Shown here: in pieces, positions 12,277 to 23,729 of the stretch
Position numbering within the stretch: position 1 is the first letter of the stretch
How the letters are laid out: every line of letters begins with the position of its first letter
Origin: Thraustochytrium aureum
Lineage: Eukaryota
DNA length: 64,000 nucleotides
Direction: 5' to 3'
Assembly (NCBI GenBank): GCA_012862495.1
Contig: BLSG01000299.1
Coordinates: 1-64,000, forward strand
Notes under the pieces: model-generated
The model's database searches: none
What the model saw: the letters and a program-made list of their open reading frames with translations, nothing else
Told to the model about the DNA's origin: nothing
Translations under genes and position numbers: made by a program

Positions 12277-14690
12277 NNNNNNNNNNNNNNNNNNNNNNNN
12301 NNNNNNNNNNNNNNNNNNNNNNNNNNNNNNNNNNNNNNNNNNNNNNNNNNNNNNNNNNNNNNNNNNNNNNNNNNNNNNNNNNNNNNNNNNNNNNNNNNNN
12401 NNNNNNNNNNNNNNNNNNNNNNNNNNNNNNNNNNNNNNNNNNNNNNNNNNNNNNNNNNNNNNNNNNNNNNNNNNNNNNNNNNNNNNNNNNNNNNNNNNNN
12501 NNNNNNNNNNNNNNNNNNNNNNNNNNNNNNNNNNNNNNNNNNNNNNNNNNNNNNNNNNNNNNNNNNNNNNNNNNNNNNNNNNNNNNNNNNNNNNNNNNNN
12601 NNNNNNNNNNNNNNNNNNNNNNNNNNNNNNNNNNNNNNNNNNNNNNNNNNNNNNNNNNNNNNNNNNNNNNNNNNNNNNNNNNNNNNNNNNNNNNNNNNNN
12701 NNNNNNNNNNNNNNNNNNNNNNNNNNNNNNNNNNNNNNNNNNNNNNNNNNNNNNNNNNNNNNNNNNNNNNNNNNNNNNNNNNNNNNNNNNNNNNNNNNNN
12801 NNNNNNNNNNNNNNNNNNNNNNNNNNNNNNNNNNNNNNNNNNNNNNNNNNNNNNNNNNNNNNNNNNNNNNNNNNNNNNNNNNNNNNNNNNNNNNNNNNNN
12901 NNNNNNNNNNNNNNNNNNNNNNNNNNNNNNNNNNNNNNNNNNNNNNNNNNNNNNNNNNNNNNNNNNNNNNNNNNNNNNNNNNNNNNNNNNNNNNNNNNNN
13001 NNNNNNNNNNNNNNNNNNNNNNNNNNNNNNNNNNNNNNNNNNNNNNNNNNNNNNNNNNNNNNNNNNNNNNNNNNNNNNNNNNNNNNNNNNNNNNNNNNNN
13101 NNNNNNNNNNNNNNNNNNNNNNNNNNNNNNNNNNNNNNNNNNNNNNNNNNNNNNNNNNNNNNNNNNNNNNNNNNNNNNNNNNNNNNNNTTACATACATGA
13201 TAGCTGAGGCTTCAAAACAAACTCACGCGGCAGCTCAAGAGTTCCCAAGGCGGAACCAATCCCAATTCCCCTTCCCCCTCCCGCGCCCGTCCTTCCTCCT
13301 CCTGCGCCCCTTAGTTACCCGCTGAGAAGGAGGGGATCGGGCTGGTGGGTTCCCCTTCCTTCGCCACCCTTCAATCGCCAGATTCCCCACTGGCACCATC
13401 ACGACCGGGAGCGACCTGGGCTTGTGAGGGCCGGCAGCTGGATTTGTTCCTCCCCTCTCGCTCACTGGCTTGCTGCCGTCTGTCAGTGAGCCTGAGGTGG
13501 TTGCTTGCTCGCCGTCGTGCCAGCGCGTGTCGTGCTGCAGAACAGGTGATTCGACCCTTCATTACAAGTAACATTATCTTGAATCCCAAGATGCACTTTT
13601 TCTCTCGCGAGCTCGACTCGGAGGGAATTGTCGAGCAGAAGCGAAGCGGTACTTTTGGGGACTCTTGACGCGCGTCACTGAGCCTGAGGGGAGCTGTTCA
13701 AGGGTCCGAAAACACTTTCCTATTTTTGCTCGATCCGACTCGGCTGCTTTTTGCGACAACCAAGTGTGCCCAGTGCAGGTCCAGAATGATGGTGGGTAAG
13801 AGTAAGTAGAGCACGAGTCAAGGAGGATCCTCCGTCCTTCAGAGTAGGTCGGTGGTGCGCGTCAACGACAGCCTCGCAGGTGCTGCACTGGCGTTGGCAA
13901 CTTGGCACTCCATCGACTCGACGCCGCTCAACGCTGATCGGTATCTTTCTGCTCTTGGGTTGGCTGTTCAACGTCACCATTGTTCATCATGAAAACCAAT
14001 CATCTCGAGAGTGCTCACATTGGTCTCTTGATGTCGACCTTCGCCAGGTCTTGCGAAAGACTGCGCAAGTCGGGCTGTTCCGGTACCTAAGCGGCATCCT
14101 CCCCGGCCGTCGGCGACCTGTCCAGAAGCCTGATCACACCTTGTGGGCACCCGCTGGCGACGGTGACGAAGAGGCTACTGTTATTTCGCCTCGCCCCAAT
14201 TCATGTCCCGGGCCCCCCCGGCGGCCGCCCCGAGCAGCGCCAGCCGCACGGCGACAACGCGCCGCGCGCATTCCAGCAGCAGCGGGCCAACCGCCGGGCG
14301 CTCGAGCGCAGTGCAACAAGTGCGTCCCAGCATGGGCCGCCCAAATCAGCTCGATCCATCCGCTCAGCACGGGCTGGCGTGCGCGCAGAGGCGGGCGCAC
14401 AGTGGCTCATCACCGCCGCGCCAGACGCGAGAAAGCCCCCCCATCCCCGGAGGGCTCGGCATCGCCCTGCGAGCGAGTCTCGAGCAGGAGGCCGGAGGCG
14501 TCGCAGAGGTCGGTCAAGATCGAGACCTCAGATCGGGTGGCTCCGACAGAGTCGCCCGCGAGTTGACCGCGCGCTCCCGACGCAACTTCCGCGCTCCGCG
14601 CCACGAGGCCTGTCGAGACGCCGAGCGGCAAGCGAGCGAGCGGTCCTGCGCGCGAGGGGCCCCGGGCTGGCGCGGTGAGCGGCCTCCGAG

Positions 14691-16081
14691 ATGAGGCCGA
14701 TGAGCATGTTTGCCGTGGCTGCCCCCGGGCTTGAGGCGTCCTTGCTGGAGGAGCTCAAGTCGATTCCGGGGGTGGCGCTGCCTATCCTTGGGCGCGGCGG
14801 CGTGAGCTTCAAAGGCCACAGGCGCGCCTTGGCCGCCGTCAACCTGCGGTCCAAGTACGCCTCGCGCGTCCTTGTCCGGGTGGGCAAGTTCCACGCGGCG
14901 TCGAGGTCCGAGCTCGACGAGGGCATCAGGGCGCTGAAAATGGGCAGCTTTGCCGCACCCTATTCGGTGTCGGAGCTTGAGCTTACTGTGAACAGCTCGC
15001 GATCGCGGCTCTTTCACACCGGCCTGGTGGAGGAGGTGGTCGACGGTGCTCTTCGACCGCTCAAGTGCAGAGGCGGCAAACCGGGCGCCAGGATGCGCCT
15101 CCTGGTCAACTTGTTCAAGAACGAGGTCATCGTCTCGCTCAACGCGAGCGGGGAGCATCTTCACAGACGTGGCTACAGGCAAGGCCTCCCGGCGAAAATG
15201 CCAGTGCGAGAGACGAGCGCGGCGGCCCTGCTTCGCTTCGCCGGGTGGGACGCGATGAGCCAGGACGCCTCCATCGCCCTAGCCGATCCAATGTGCGGGT
15301 CCGGTACGCTGCTAGTTGAGGCTGCTCTCCAGCGTGCGTGCCGCGCCCCCGGCCTTGTGCGCCTCGACAACGGGTCAGGGTTTGATTTCCAGACCTGGCC
15401 CCTGTTCAACGAGGTTTCTGGCTCCGCAGACCTTGAACGCGTGGTGGATGAAACGCGTACCATGGAACGCGACCCTGTCGCCTTTGTTGGCGCGCCAATT
15501 GTAGGAAGTGATAGGGACAGTGGCGTTGTCAGCGTGGCGCGCGAGGCGGCTGTTAGGGCCGGGGTTGACAAGTGGGTCCGTTTCGAGCACGCATCCGTGA
15601 CCGACGCCCCCATACCGGAAGGGCGCGGCCTTATTGTGTGCAACCCGCCTTTCGGCCCGCGTGCAGGGCAGTTAGCAAAGCTCCGGCCGCTGTACTCGTC
15701 GCTCGGCGACGTCCTTCGTGAGCGAGCCCTTGGGTGGAAGGTGGCCATTCTGTGCCCGTCTGCGCGAGAAAACCGCGAGCTGCTTTGGGCGACGGGCCTT
15801 GGTCTGAGAGAGGGTGGCGAGCGTTTCTTGGTGGGTGGGCGACGCATGTTTGTTGCTGTGGGGACGATTTCCCAAAGCGCCGGCAAGAACCTCAAATCCG
15901 CGAAGGCCCAGGCACCGAGAAACGAGTCGAAGCCCACGGCAGGTGCGGCGCAGACGCAACAAGGTTCGATGGACGCACAAGTAGCATGCGTTGCTGCTGC
16001 TGAAGAGAGGCCTGACGCAACGCCGGCAAAAGACGCGACGATGCCGGCACAAGACGTTATGATTCAGACACAGGACACTAA
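14691..16081 (+). CDS. THUMP-domain RNA m2G methyltransferase, RlmL/RlmKL N-half-like (3' end probably in gap)
   Basis: FAVAAPGLE, NLRSKYASRVL, SLNASGEHLHRRGYR, PVRETSAAALL, DPMCGSGTLLVEAA, GSDRD and VCNPPFG. Confidence 0.88.
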
Positions 16082-16479
16082 NNNNNNNNNNNNNNNNNNN
16101 NNNNNNNNNNNNNNNNNNNNNNNNNNNNNNNNNNNNNNNNNNNNNNNNNNNNNNNNNNNNNNNNNNNNNNNNNNNNNNNNNNNNNNNNNNNNNNNNNNNN
16201 NNNNNNNNNNNNNNNNNNNNNNNNNNNNNNNNNNNNNNNNNNNNNNNNNNNNNNNNNNNNNNNNNNNNNNNNNNNNNNNNNNNNNNNNNNNNNNNNNNNN
16301 NNNNNNNNNNNNNNNNNNNNNNNNNNNNNNNNNNNNNNNNNNNNNNNNNNNNNNNNNNNNNNNNNNNNNNNNNNNNNNCCTCCGGAGGATAGGTACATAC
16401 TTTACTTTTGACAGTCAAATCTCCTTTTCGTGTGCACATTTCTGTCATGCGTTCGAGCTCTTAACCAACCTCCTCATCC

Positions 16480-18287
16480 TCAGTCCGCCAATACTATGCG
16501 CACGGGCAGCGAAGGGCTCTCCAGCGAGTCAATCGAGGCCGGCTCGCCTTGGCTAGGCGGGTCCCAGACAAGCACATTCCCAGGCTGGCTCGCCAGCCCC
16601 GCAGCTCGGGAAACCTTGCCGAAAAGCCGCGTGCTCAAACCTCGAAGCCTAGAACGCAGGCCACGCAGCTGTGGCTCCCTCATACGGCCGCCCTGCTTTT
16701 TGTTGCAGACGACATAGGACCCCGTCGCAGTGTCGATGCGCAGATGCAAACCGATGTCACGGAACAGCTCAGTCTTGTCCGCGCATCTAAGCCGCGCCAC
16801 GGCAACCATCGAAAGGTGCCGGCCACAGGCAGACAGTTCTGGAATCGCAAACTCAAAGTCCACCAGGGTAAACTGCTCCGAGGCGGCTTGGCCGATTCTG
16901 CGGCGCTTCACTCGGGATTCCGTGGGGCTGAACGGGCATGCCTCCGTGTCGCAGCAAATGTGCCAAGGTCGACGATGTCGGCGGTGGGCTGCGCGGGACC
17001 AAGCGACAGGCCTAGGTCGTACGACAAGCAACGGCGCAGCAGGACTTCAACGTCTATCGAGGCGCTTTTCAGCCAGACTGCGGCATCGTCCTGCGCTCCT
17101 GTTGTCGCGGCGGCACAACGCGGCTTCCGAGACCCGAGCACCGGGGAAGCGAGCACGCTCAGCTCCGTTGGCTGCATCCACGACCACCTGCACTTGGGCA
17201 AAAGCAGAGCGCGCCCGCCGCTCGGGTGGATAAAATACGGAACGATCGGGGCGCCTGCTTCGTGCGAAAGCGTTGGACCTTGTTCCCGCCCGCAGCGAAC
17301 CAGGATAACTGCATAGGTGCTGTGCGGGCAGGCTAGGACGTGCTCGCCGGTGCACGGGTTCGTGCCTATGAGCGCCAGCGGGGACAGGGGCCTGCGTGCC
17401 TCCCTCGGAGACTTGAGTCACGCTAAAGCAGCTCGCTTCTCCGCGGGCCTTGTCGTCGCCTAGGAGCGAAGGAACCAAAGCGAAGTGGACCTCATGGAGC
17501 TGAATGCCTCCGACCAACGCGTCATCCTCGGGCGCCGACGCAACGTGTATCGATACGGGTGCTGGAACAGCCGCGGCCACCACAAATATGCGCTGATCAG
17601 CCGCTTGGATTACGCGCCACTGCATCATCATCACGCAGTGCAATTCCGCGAGGTTTGGCGGAAAACCGGGGAAGAGTGCTGCGCTCATGACCCGGGCAAT
17701 TCTAGACACGGAGAACGGATCGACCCTCCACACATCAAGCACAATGCCCTTCTCTCCCTGAGGCCAGCCCGTGCTGCTCTGCTCGATGCGTAGCGCAACC
17801 AGGTGGTGACTGGAAGCTTCAAACCCGAGCAGCAAGCTCGCCTTGAGCTCTGGAGCGCCCGAGCACAACTCGCCAACCTAATCACCTTCTNNNNNNNNNN
17901 NNNNNNNNNNNNNNNNNNNNNNNNNNNNNNNNNNNNNNNNNNNNNNNNNNNNNNNNNNNNNNNNNNNNNNNNNNNNNNNNNNNNNNNNNNNNNNNNNNNN
18001 NNNNNNNNNNNNNNNNNNNNNNNNNNNNNNNNNNNNNNNNNNNNNNNNNNNNNNNNNNNNNNNNNNNNNNNNNNNNNNNNNNNNGAACGACGCGCAGCGC
18101 GAGCGAGTGGCCGGCTGGTGGTCCGTGGAGCGATGGTGGCCCCGAGTAGGTAGGTGTTGTCGCTGTTCTGAGTACTCGAGTACGGCTGCTGCTGCCTGGG
18201 GATCGTCGACGAAAACATCAAGAGCCCAGTCTGCCCGATTCGAGTCGAGCGACCAGCAAACCACGGTGCAGGAGTGACGGCCATCGC
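16480..18287 (-). CDS. Hypothetical protein in several frame fragments; weak resemblance to DCAF15-like proteins
   Basis: Protein-like composition in minus ORFs 17047..17868 (LLLGFEASSHHLVAL...) and 16480..17031 (ending SIDSLESPSLPVRIVLAD). The family link is an impression only. Confidence 0.3.
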
Positions 18288-18821
18288 CGATCGCGCAAGC
18301 GACGCTTCAGCAGCCCGCGCACTCGAGCGCTGCGCAGGTGCTCCGTGTCGCTCGCTGACCGGCAGACACAACACGAAAGGCCGGAACCCGAAAAACCCAA
18401 ACGAGCAACGCGGCCGCTGCCAAACGCGACCCGACGCACTCGAGCACGCCCAGCTCGCCAGTCTACGTAGAGCTTTGTCTCGTCTTCCAGTGCGCCGTGA
18501 GTGCCAGCCGAGGGATCGGCCGTCGACCATGGTGGCCCGTTCAGAAGTACTCTACAGAAAGGTAGAGGACTCTGCTTTTGTTCCTTTTGTGCTGCTGTGC
18601 GGATGTTCGGAGACACGACGCAAACACCTTTCGCGAAGCCCGCTGGTGCGTGCGAGCAGCAGCTCAGGAGCAGCGCGCGGACGCAAGCGGCGCAGCGGAG
18701 CGGCGGAGCAGTCGTCCGCCGTCCCTAGGTTTCTCTCGCGCATTTGCCCAGCTTGCGCTCTCGCGGTCGCGTCTGCAGGTCCGGCGAGTCGGACTGGGAC
18801 CAAGTCAGCAACGTGCGCGCG

Positions 18822-20163
18822 ATGGCGCAAAACACCCATGAAGTGCAGTGCTTTGTGTACGACCTGTCCCGCGGGATGGCGCGCGCTATGGCGCAGTCGC
18901 TCGTCGGGATGCAGATCGATGGCATCTGGCATACCGGGGTCGTGGTGTTCGGCAAGGAGTACTTTTTCGGTGGCGGGATCCAAGCTGTGCCGCCCGAGCA
19001 GTTTGCCCGCGAGTATGGGATACAGCCTGTAGAGCGCGTGCGACTCGGCGCAACCACAAAGACAGAGCAAGAGCTCAATCAGTTCCTGGAAAGCGTGCGC
19101 CACCAATACACTGCAGAGACGTATGACCTCTTCCAGAACAACTGCAACAACTTTAGTGATGCGGTCTCCAAGTTTCTGCTCGAGGGCCGGGGCATCCCCC
19201 AGCACATCATCGAGCTCCCTGGTCGCGTGCTCAACACGCCTTTAGGCCAGATGATCGCGCCCATGTACCAGAGCATGCAGCAGCAGATGCAGGCCCACAT
19301 GATCCCGTTTGGGCAAGCTCCTGCTGGGGCCCCGACGACGAGCGTGCTGCCAAGCAGTAGCGAACCAGGCCTGGCTTCCAGCCAGCGCGGGCCCAGCGCG
19401 GAAGAGGAGGAGGAGGAGGAGGGAAATGGCGCCGACGACGGCCCCGGCGTCATGATCCCCGTAAAGATTGCCAGCGAGGAAGAGACGGTCAAAGCCAAGG
19501 TCCCCTCGCTCGAGGTCTCGGTGGACCGTTTCATGCTGGCCGTGGGAAGGCGACTGGCTTCGCCAAGGGGGACCAGCGGCTCATCCTGCGCGGCCAGTTC
19601 CTCAGGACGTGGGCAAGTCGCTCAAAGACTATGGCGTGAATGAGGAGACGGTCATCCACCTTGTGCCAAAGCCAAACGCCGCGCGACGTGGCGCTGCGGC
19701 CAGCGCTGCTGTGGCGGCTCCCGCAGCGCAGGCGGATCCGTTCGAGGCCGCTCTGGCCAAGATTCAGCAAGCGAGTGCCAAGGAGTCGGTCACCGCGCTT
19801 AAGACGCTCCAAAAGATCGTGCAGAACGTGATCGACTACCCTCTCGAGGCAAAGTACCGCAAGATCAAGCGACAGAACCCCGNTCTGGTGAAGCGTCTCG
19901 GAGCGGTACCGGGCGCGTTCGAGTGCCTCGAGGCGCTTGGATTCGCCAACACGACCGTCGACGGCGAGCCCATGATGGAGCTCGAGGCTAGCGAGGCCGC
20001 TTGGAAGAAGGTCGTCTCTGGCAACGCGAAGCTCGTCTCTGCCATTGAGGCAGCTAAACCAGCGCCGGCGCCGCCTGCGGCGCAACCTGGTTCGATGCCC
20101 TTTGGCATGGGCGGCATGGGCGGTTTGGGCGGCATGGGCGGTTTGGGCGGCATGGGCGGCATG
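18822..20163 (+). CDS. PPPDE/DeSI-type desumoylating isopeptidase fused to ubiquitin-like and PUB domains, then Gly/Met-rich repeats (3' in gap)
   Basis: VYDLSRGMA, IWHTGVVVFGKEYFFG (catalytic His) and YDLFQNNCNNFS (catalytic Cys). Restoring two bases at ~19546 and ~19603 gives a UBL reading ATGFAKGDQRLILRGQFL.DVGKSLKDYGVNEETVIHLVPK. PUB motif ALKTLQKIVQNVIDYPLEAKYRKIK...LEALGF. The GGMGGL repeats run into the gap. Confidence 0.88.
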
Positions 20164-20687
20164 NNNNNNNNNNNNNNNNNNNNNNNNNNNNNNNNNNNNN
20201 NNNNNNNNNNNNNNNNNNNNNNNNNNNNNNNNNNNNNNNNNNNNNNNNNNNNNNNNNNNNNNNNNNNNNNNNNNNNNNNNNNNNNNNNNNNNNNNNNNNN
20301 NNNNNNNNNNNNNNNNNNNNNNNNNNNNNNNNNNNNNNNNNNNNNNNNNNNNNNNNNNNNNNNNNNNNNNNNNNNNNNNNNNNNNNNNNNNNNNNNNNNN
20401 NNNNNNNNNNNNNNNNNNNNNNNNNNNNNNNNNNNNNNNNNNNNNNNNNNNNNNNNNNNNNNNNNNNNNNNNNNNNNNNNNNNNNNNNNNNNNNNNNNNN
20501 NNNNNNNNNNNNNNNNNNNNNNNNNNNNNNNNNNNNNNNNNNNNNNNNNNNNNNNNNNNNNNNNNNNNNNNNNNNNNNNNNNNNNNNNNNNNNNNNNNNN
20601 NNNNNNNNNNNNNNNNNNNNNNNNNNNNNNNNNNNNNNNNNNNNNNNNNNNNNNNNNNNNNNNNNNNNNNNNNNNNNNNNNNNNNNN

Positions 20688-23265
20688 AGCAGAACCCGCC
20701 CCCCGTGCCGTCGGCGGTGAGCGAGGCCGACGCCACAGACACGTGGCGCCGGACCGGGCCGGCTCCCACCCCAGCGGCCCCCGCGGCCGCAGCGCGCCCC
20801 AACCCGCTCGACGAGAGCGATTGGCGCCGCGCCGCACCACCCCCCACCCCTGTTGTGCCTGCCGCACCAGAGCGCCCGAACCCCCTCGAGGAGGACAACT
20901 GGCGCAAGAACGCCCCGCCCGCGCCGCTGGCCGAGAAAGCCGAGAGCGCCAGCGGGGTCGCTCCCGCTGACCCGCTCGCGGAGGAGGACTGGCGCAAGTC
21001 GCCGCCCGCCCCGCGCGCTGCCGCGCCTGCAGCCGCCGAAGACGATGGCCGCCCTCGCCTCAAGCTCAAGCCGGTCAAGAAGAAACCCGATGAGGGCGCA
21101 GAGGGGACCGAGCCGGTTGCCGCCGAAGAGGCTGGATCCGGGCCTAGCAAGGACGCGCCCGCGCCCGACGCCGATGCCGATGCCGAAAAGGCGAAGACGG
21201 CCGCGCCCGCCGGCGACCAAGATGTCGCCGCGACTCCTGCTGCTGCGGCGGAGGACAAGCCGGCTGCCAAGGCTGGCGGCGACAAGTGGGACAGCATTTT
21301 CGCCAAGGCCAAGCCTGCGGAAACCGAGCGCCCGCACCGTATGTTTGGCGACCAGGCGCGCGACACGGAGCGTGAGCGCGTGTTCCAAGCCAACTCGACT
21401 TACACGGAGCAGGCCGAGGCAACCCGCGAACGCCCTGGGTCGCATGCGTTTGGCTCCAACCGGCGCACGCTGCGCGACGAGGCGCTCCGCGGGGACGGCC
21501 TCCCGGGCACCCTCCCGGTGCCCGCCGGACCTGGGGCCGGGGGCGTCGCTCCTGCGCCCCGCCAGTTTCCTGGTCGTGCGCCGCGCGAGGACTTTGGCCG
21601 CCGCGACTTTCCCGGCTCGCAGCAGCGCTCGGGCATGACCACCGGGCCGCCGCCGCGCGATTTCCCTGGGGGCGGTGCCGGGCGCAGCAACGTTGCGCCA
21701 CCGCAGCAGCGCGTCTTTCCGGGCTCCACCTCGCGAGACCGCGACCCGCAGCGGGAAATGGCGCGCGAAGCGGACCGTCAGCGCGCCTCGATGGCGTTCG
21801 GCGGCGGCCGCCGCGATCGCGAGCGCCGCGACGAGTCTGACGGCCCCTTTGGCGGCCCCTCACGTGGTGGGCGCGACGACTACGGTATGGGCGGCGGAGC
21901 CGACGACGACATGGGCGAGTACCGCTCCTCGCGGCGTCCCGGCTCGTCCCGCCCGCTCGCCGACCTGCAGCAGCTGGCTACCTCGGCGGGCTGGGGAAGC
22001 GACGACGAGGGCGGCAAGGAGAAGAAGGCTGCTCCCGTGGCGTACAAGCTGAGCGACGAAGAGCTGTCTGCGCGTGCCGACGCGCTCCTCAAAGCATATA
22101 TGCTGCTGGAGGACAAGCGAGAGGCGGTCAGCGCAGTGCGCAAGCTTGGCAGCCCAGAGTTCATGCCCGAGATCGTGCGCCGCGCCGTCATCAAGACCTA
22201 CGACGAGGGCGGCGTCAAGGCCTGCAAGGTGGTCGTGAGCCTTTTGGCCAAGCTCGTCAAAGACAAGATCGCCACTGCGGACGACCTTGCCAAGGGCCTC
22301 GACCTCGTTGCTTCCAAGCAGCTGCAGCGCTTGGNNNNNNNNNNNNNNNNNNNNNNNNNNNNNNNNNNNNNNNNNNNNNNNNNNNNNNNNNNNNNNNNNN
22401 NNNNNNNNNNNNNNNNNNNNNNNNNNNNNNNNNNNNNNNNNNNNNNNNNNNNNNNNNNNNNNNNNNNNNNNNNNNNNNNNNNNNNNNNNNNNNNNNNNNN
22501 NNNNNNNNNNNNNNNNNNNNNNNNNNNNNNNNNNNNNNNNNNNNNNNNNNNNNNNNNNNNNNNNNNNNNNNNNNNNNNNNNNNNNNNNNNNNNNNNNNNN
22601 NNNNNNNGGATGACGATGGTACCGCCAAGTCCAAGCTGGGCCAGATCAAGACCTGTGCCAACCTGCTCAGAGACGAAGGCGCCCTCGACGGTGCAGAGTT
22701 CTCCGAGGCCCTCACCAAGGCCGCGTTCGCCGAGGAGGCGGCTGCAGCGGCATCTGAAAAGGCTGCTCAGTCGGTTGACGACGCGCTGCTGACCAAGATT
22801 TTGGCGTCAGGCAAGCTCGGGGACGAACTCGCCGCCATGGTCGACAAGTCCACGGTGCAGCCCACCTTTGGTGCCGAGTTGCTTGCGCGCGTGCTGAAGG
22901 CCAACCCGGAACTGGTCAAGTCGGACGAGTCCGTTTCCTGGCTCGAAAGCGAAAAGTACGGCGCCGTGCTTGCCAAGACTCTCTTCGAGGACCCGTCTGA
23001 CATGGCCGTCAGTGCTCAGCTTGCGGCCCTGCATGCCGTACAGGCCGCCTTTCATGCCGTCGGGTTCCCGCGCACAGCCAATGGCCAAGCCCTGATCGAA
23101 AAGGTGTTCATGAAGATGTACAACGACGACATCATCCCGCCCGAGGGCATAATTGCCTGGAAAGATGACCTTTCTGACTCGCCTGGCAAGATGGAGGCCA
23201 TCGTGCAGCTCTCGCAGTTTGTGACCTGGCTCGAGAGCGAGGACGACGACGAGGACGACGAGTAA
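20688..23265 (+). CDS. Translation-initiation-factor-like protein: eIF4B-like low-complexity region plus MA3 and W2 domains (5' in gap)
   Basis: Repeats of (D/E)xDWR(R/K), RPRLKLKP and DSIFAKAKP. MA3-like LLKAYMLLEDKREAVSAVRKL. W2-like FMKMYNDDIIPPEGIIAWKDD...GKMEAIVQLSQFVTWLESEDDDEDDE*. Confidence 0.8.
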
Positions 23266-23729
23266 ACACGCCGTGCAAGGCTTTGCGAGGGTTCGACGGC
23301 CGTGCCGCGGCGAATTCTGCCGGCTCATACTGCCAAGGGTTTCGTTCGCCTGAGCGGCTTGCTGCTCCAATAGGCACATCATAGAGATCGGCTGTGGGGT
23401 GAGCGCTTTGCTCCACGAGGCCATTTTTTTCCCAATCTGATTTCGAACAACAACAACAACAGCAATGAAATGTTTCTTGGTCGCTTGCCTGACAGACTCG
23501 GAGTGGCGCCAGGCGCAAGAGCAGGGGAGCGGCCAGGGCCCAGCCCTCCCACGCCTCAAGCGCGGAGCGCGAGAACCAGCAGGTGGGATGGAACTCTTAC
23601 AGTGATACTTTTTGATTGAGTTTACGGGGGACCTACGTGCCAGAATCCTTCGTGGCCTGTTGTACCTGTTGCCTCGGGGCTCCGTCTGCGAGTGCACCTG
23701 ATCAGGCGGCGACAGACATGCGGATAGCC

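Noticed and set aside
13189..14690. ORFs 13880..14566 and neighbours
   Set aside because: Low-complexity GC-rich translations with no recognisable domain; cannot be supported as genes.
19468..22792. DeSI-PUB fused to the eIF4-like protein
   Set aside because: Continuity depends on N runs; more likely two genes.
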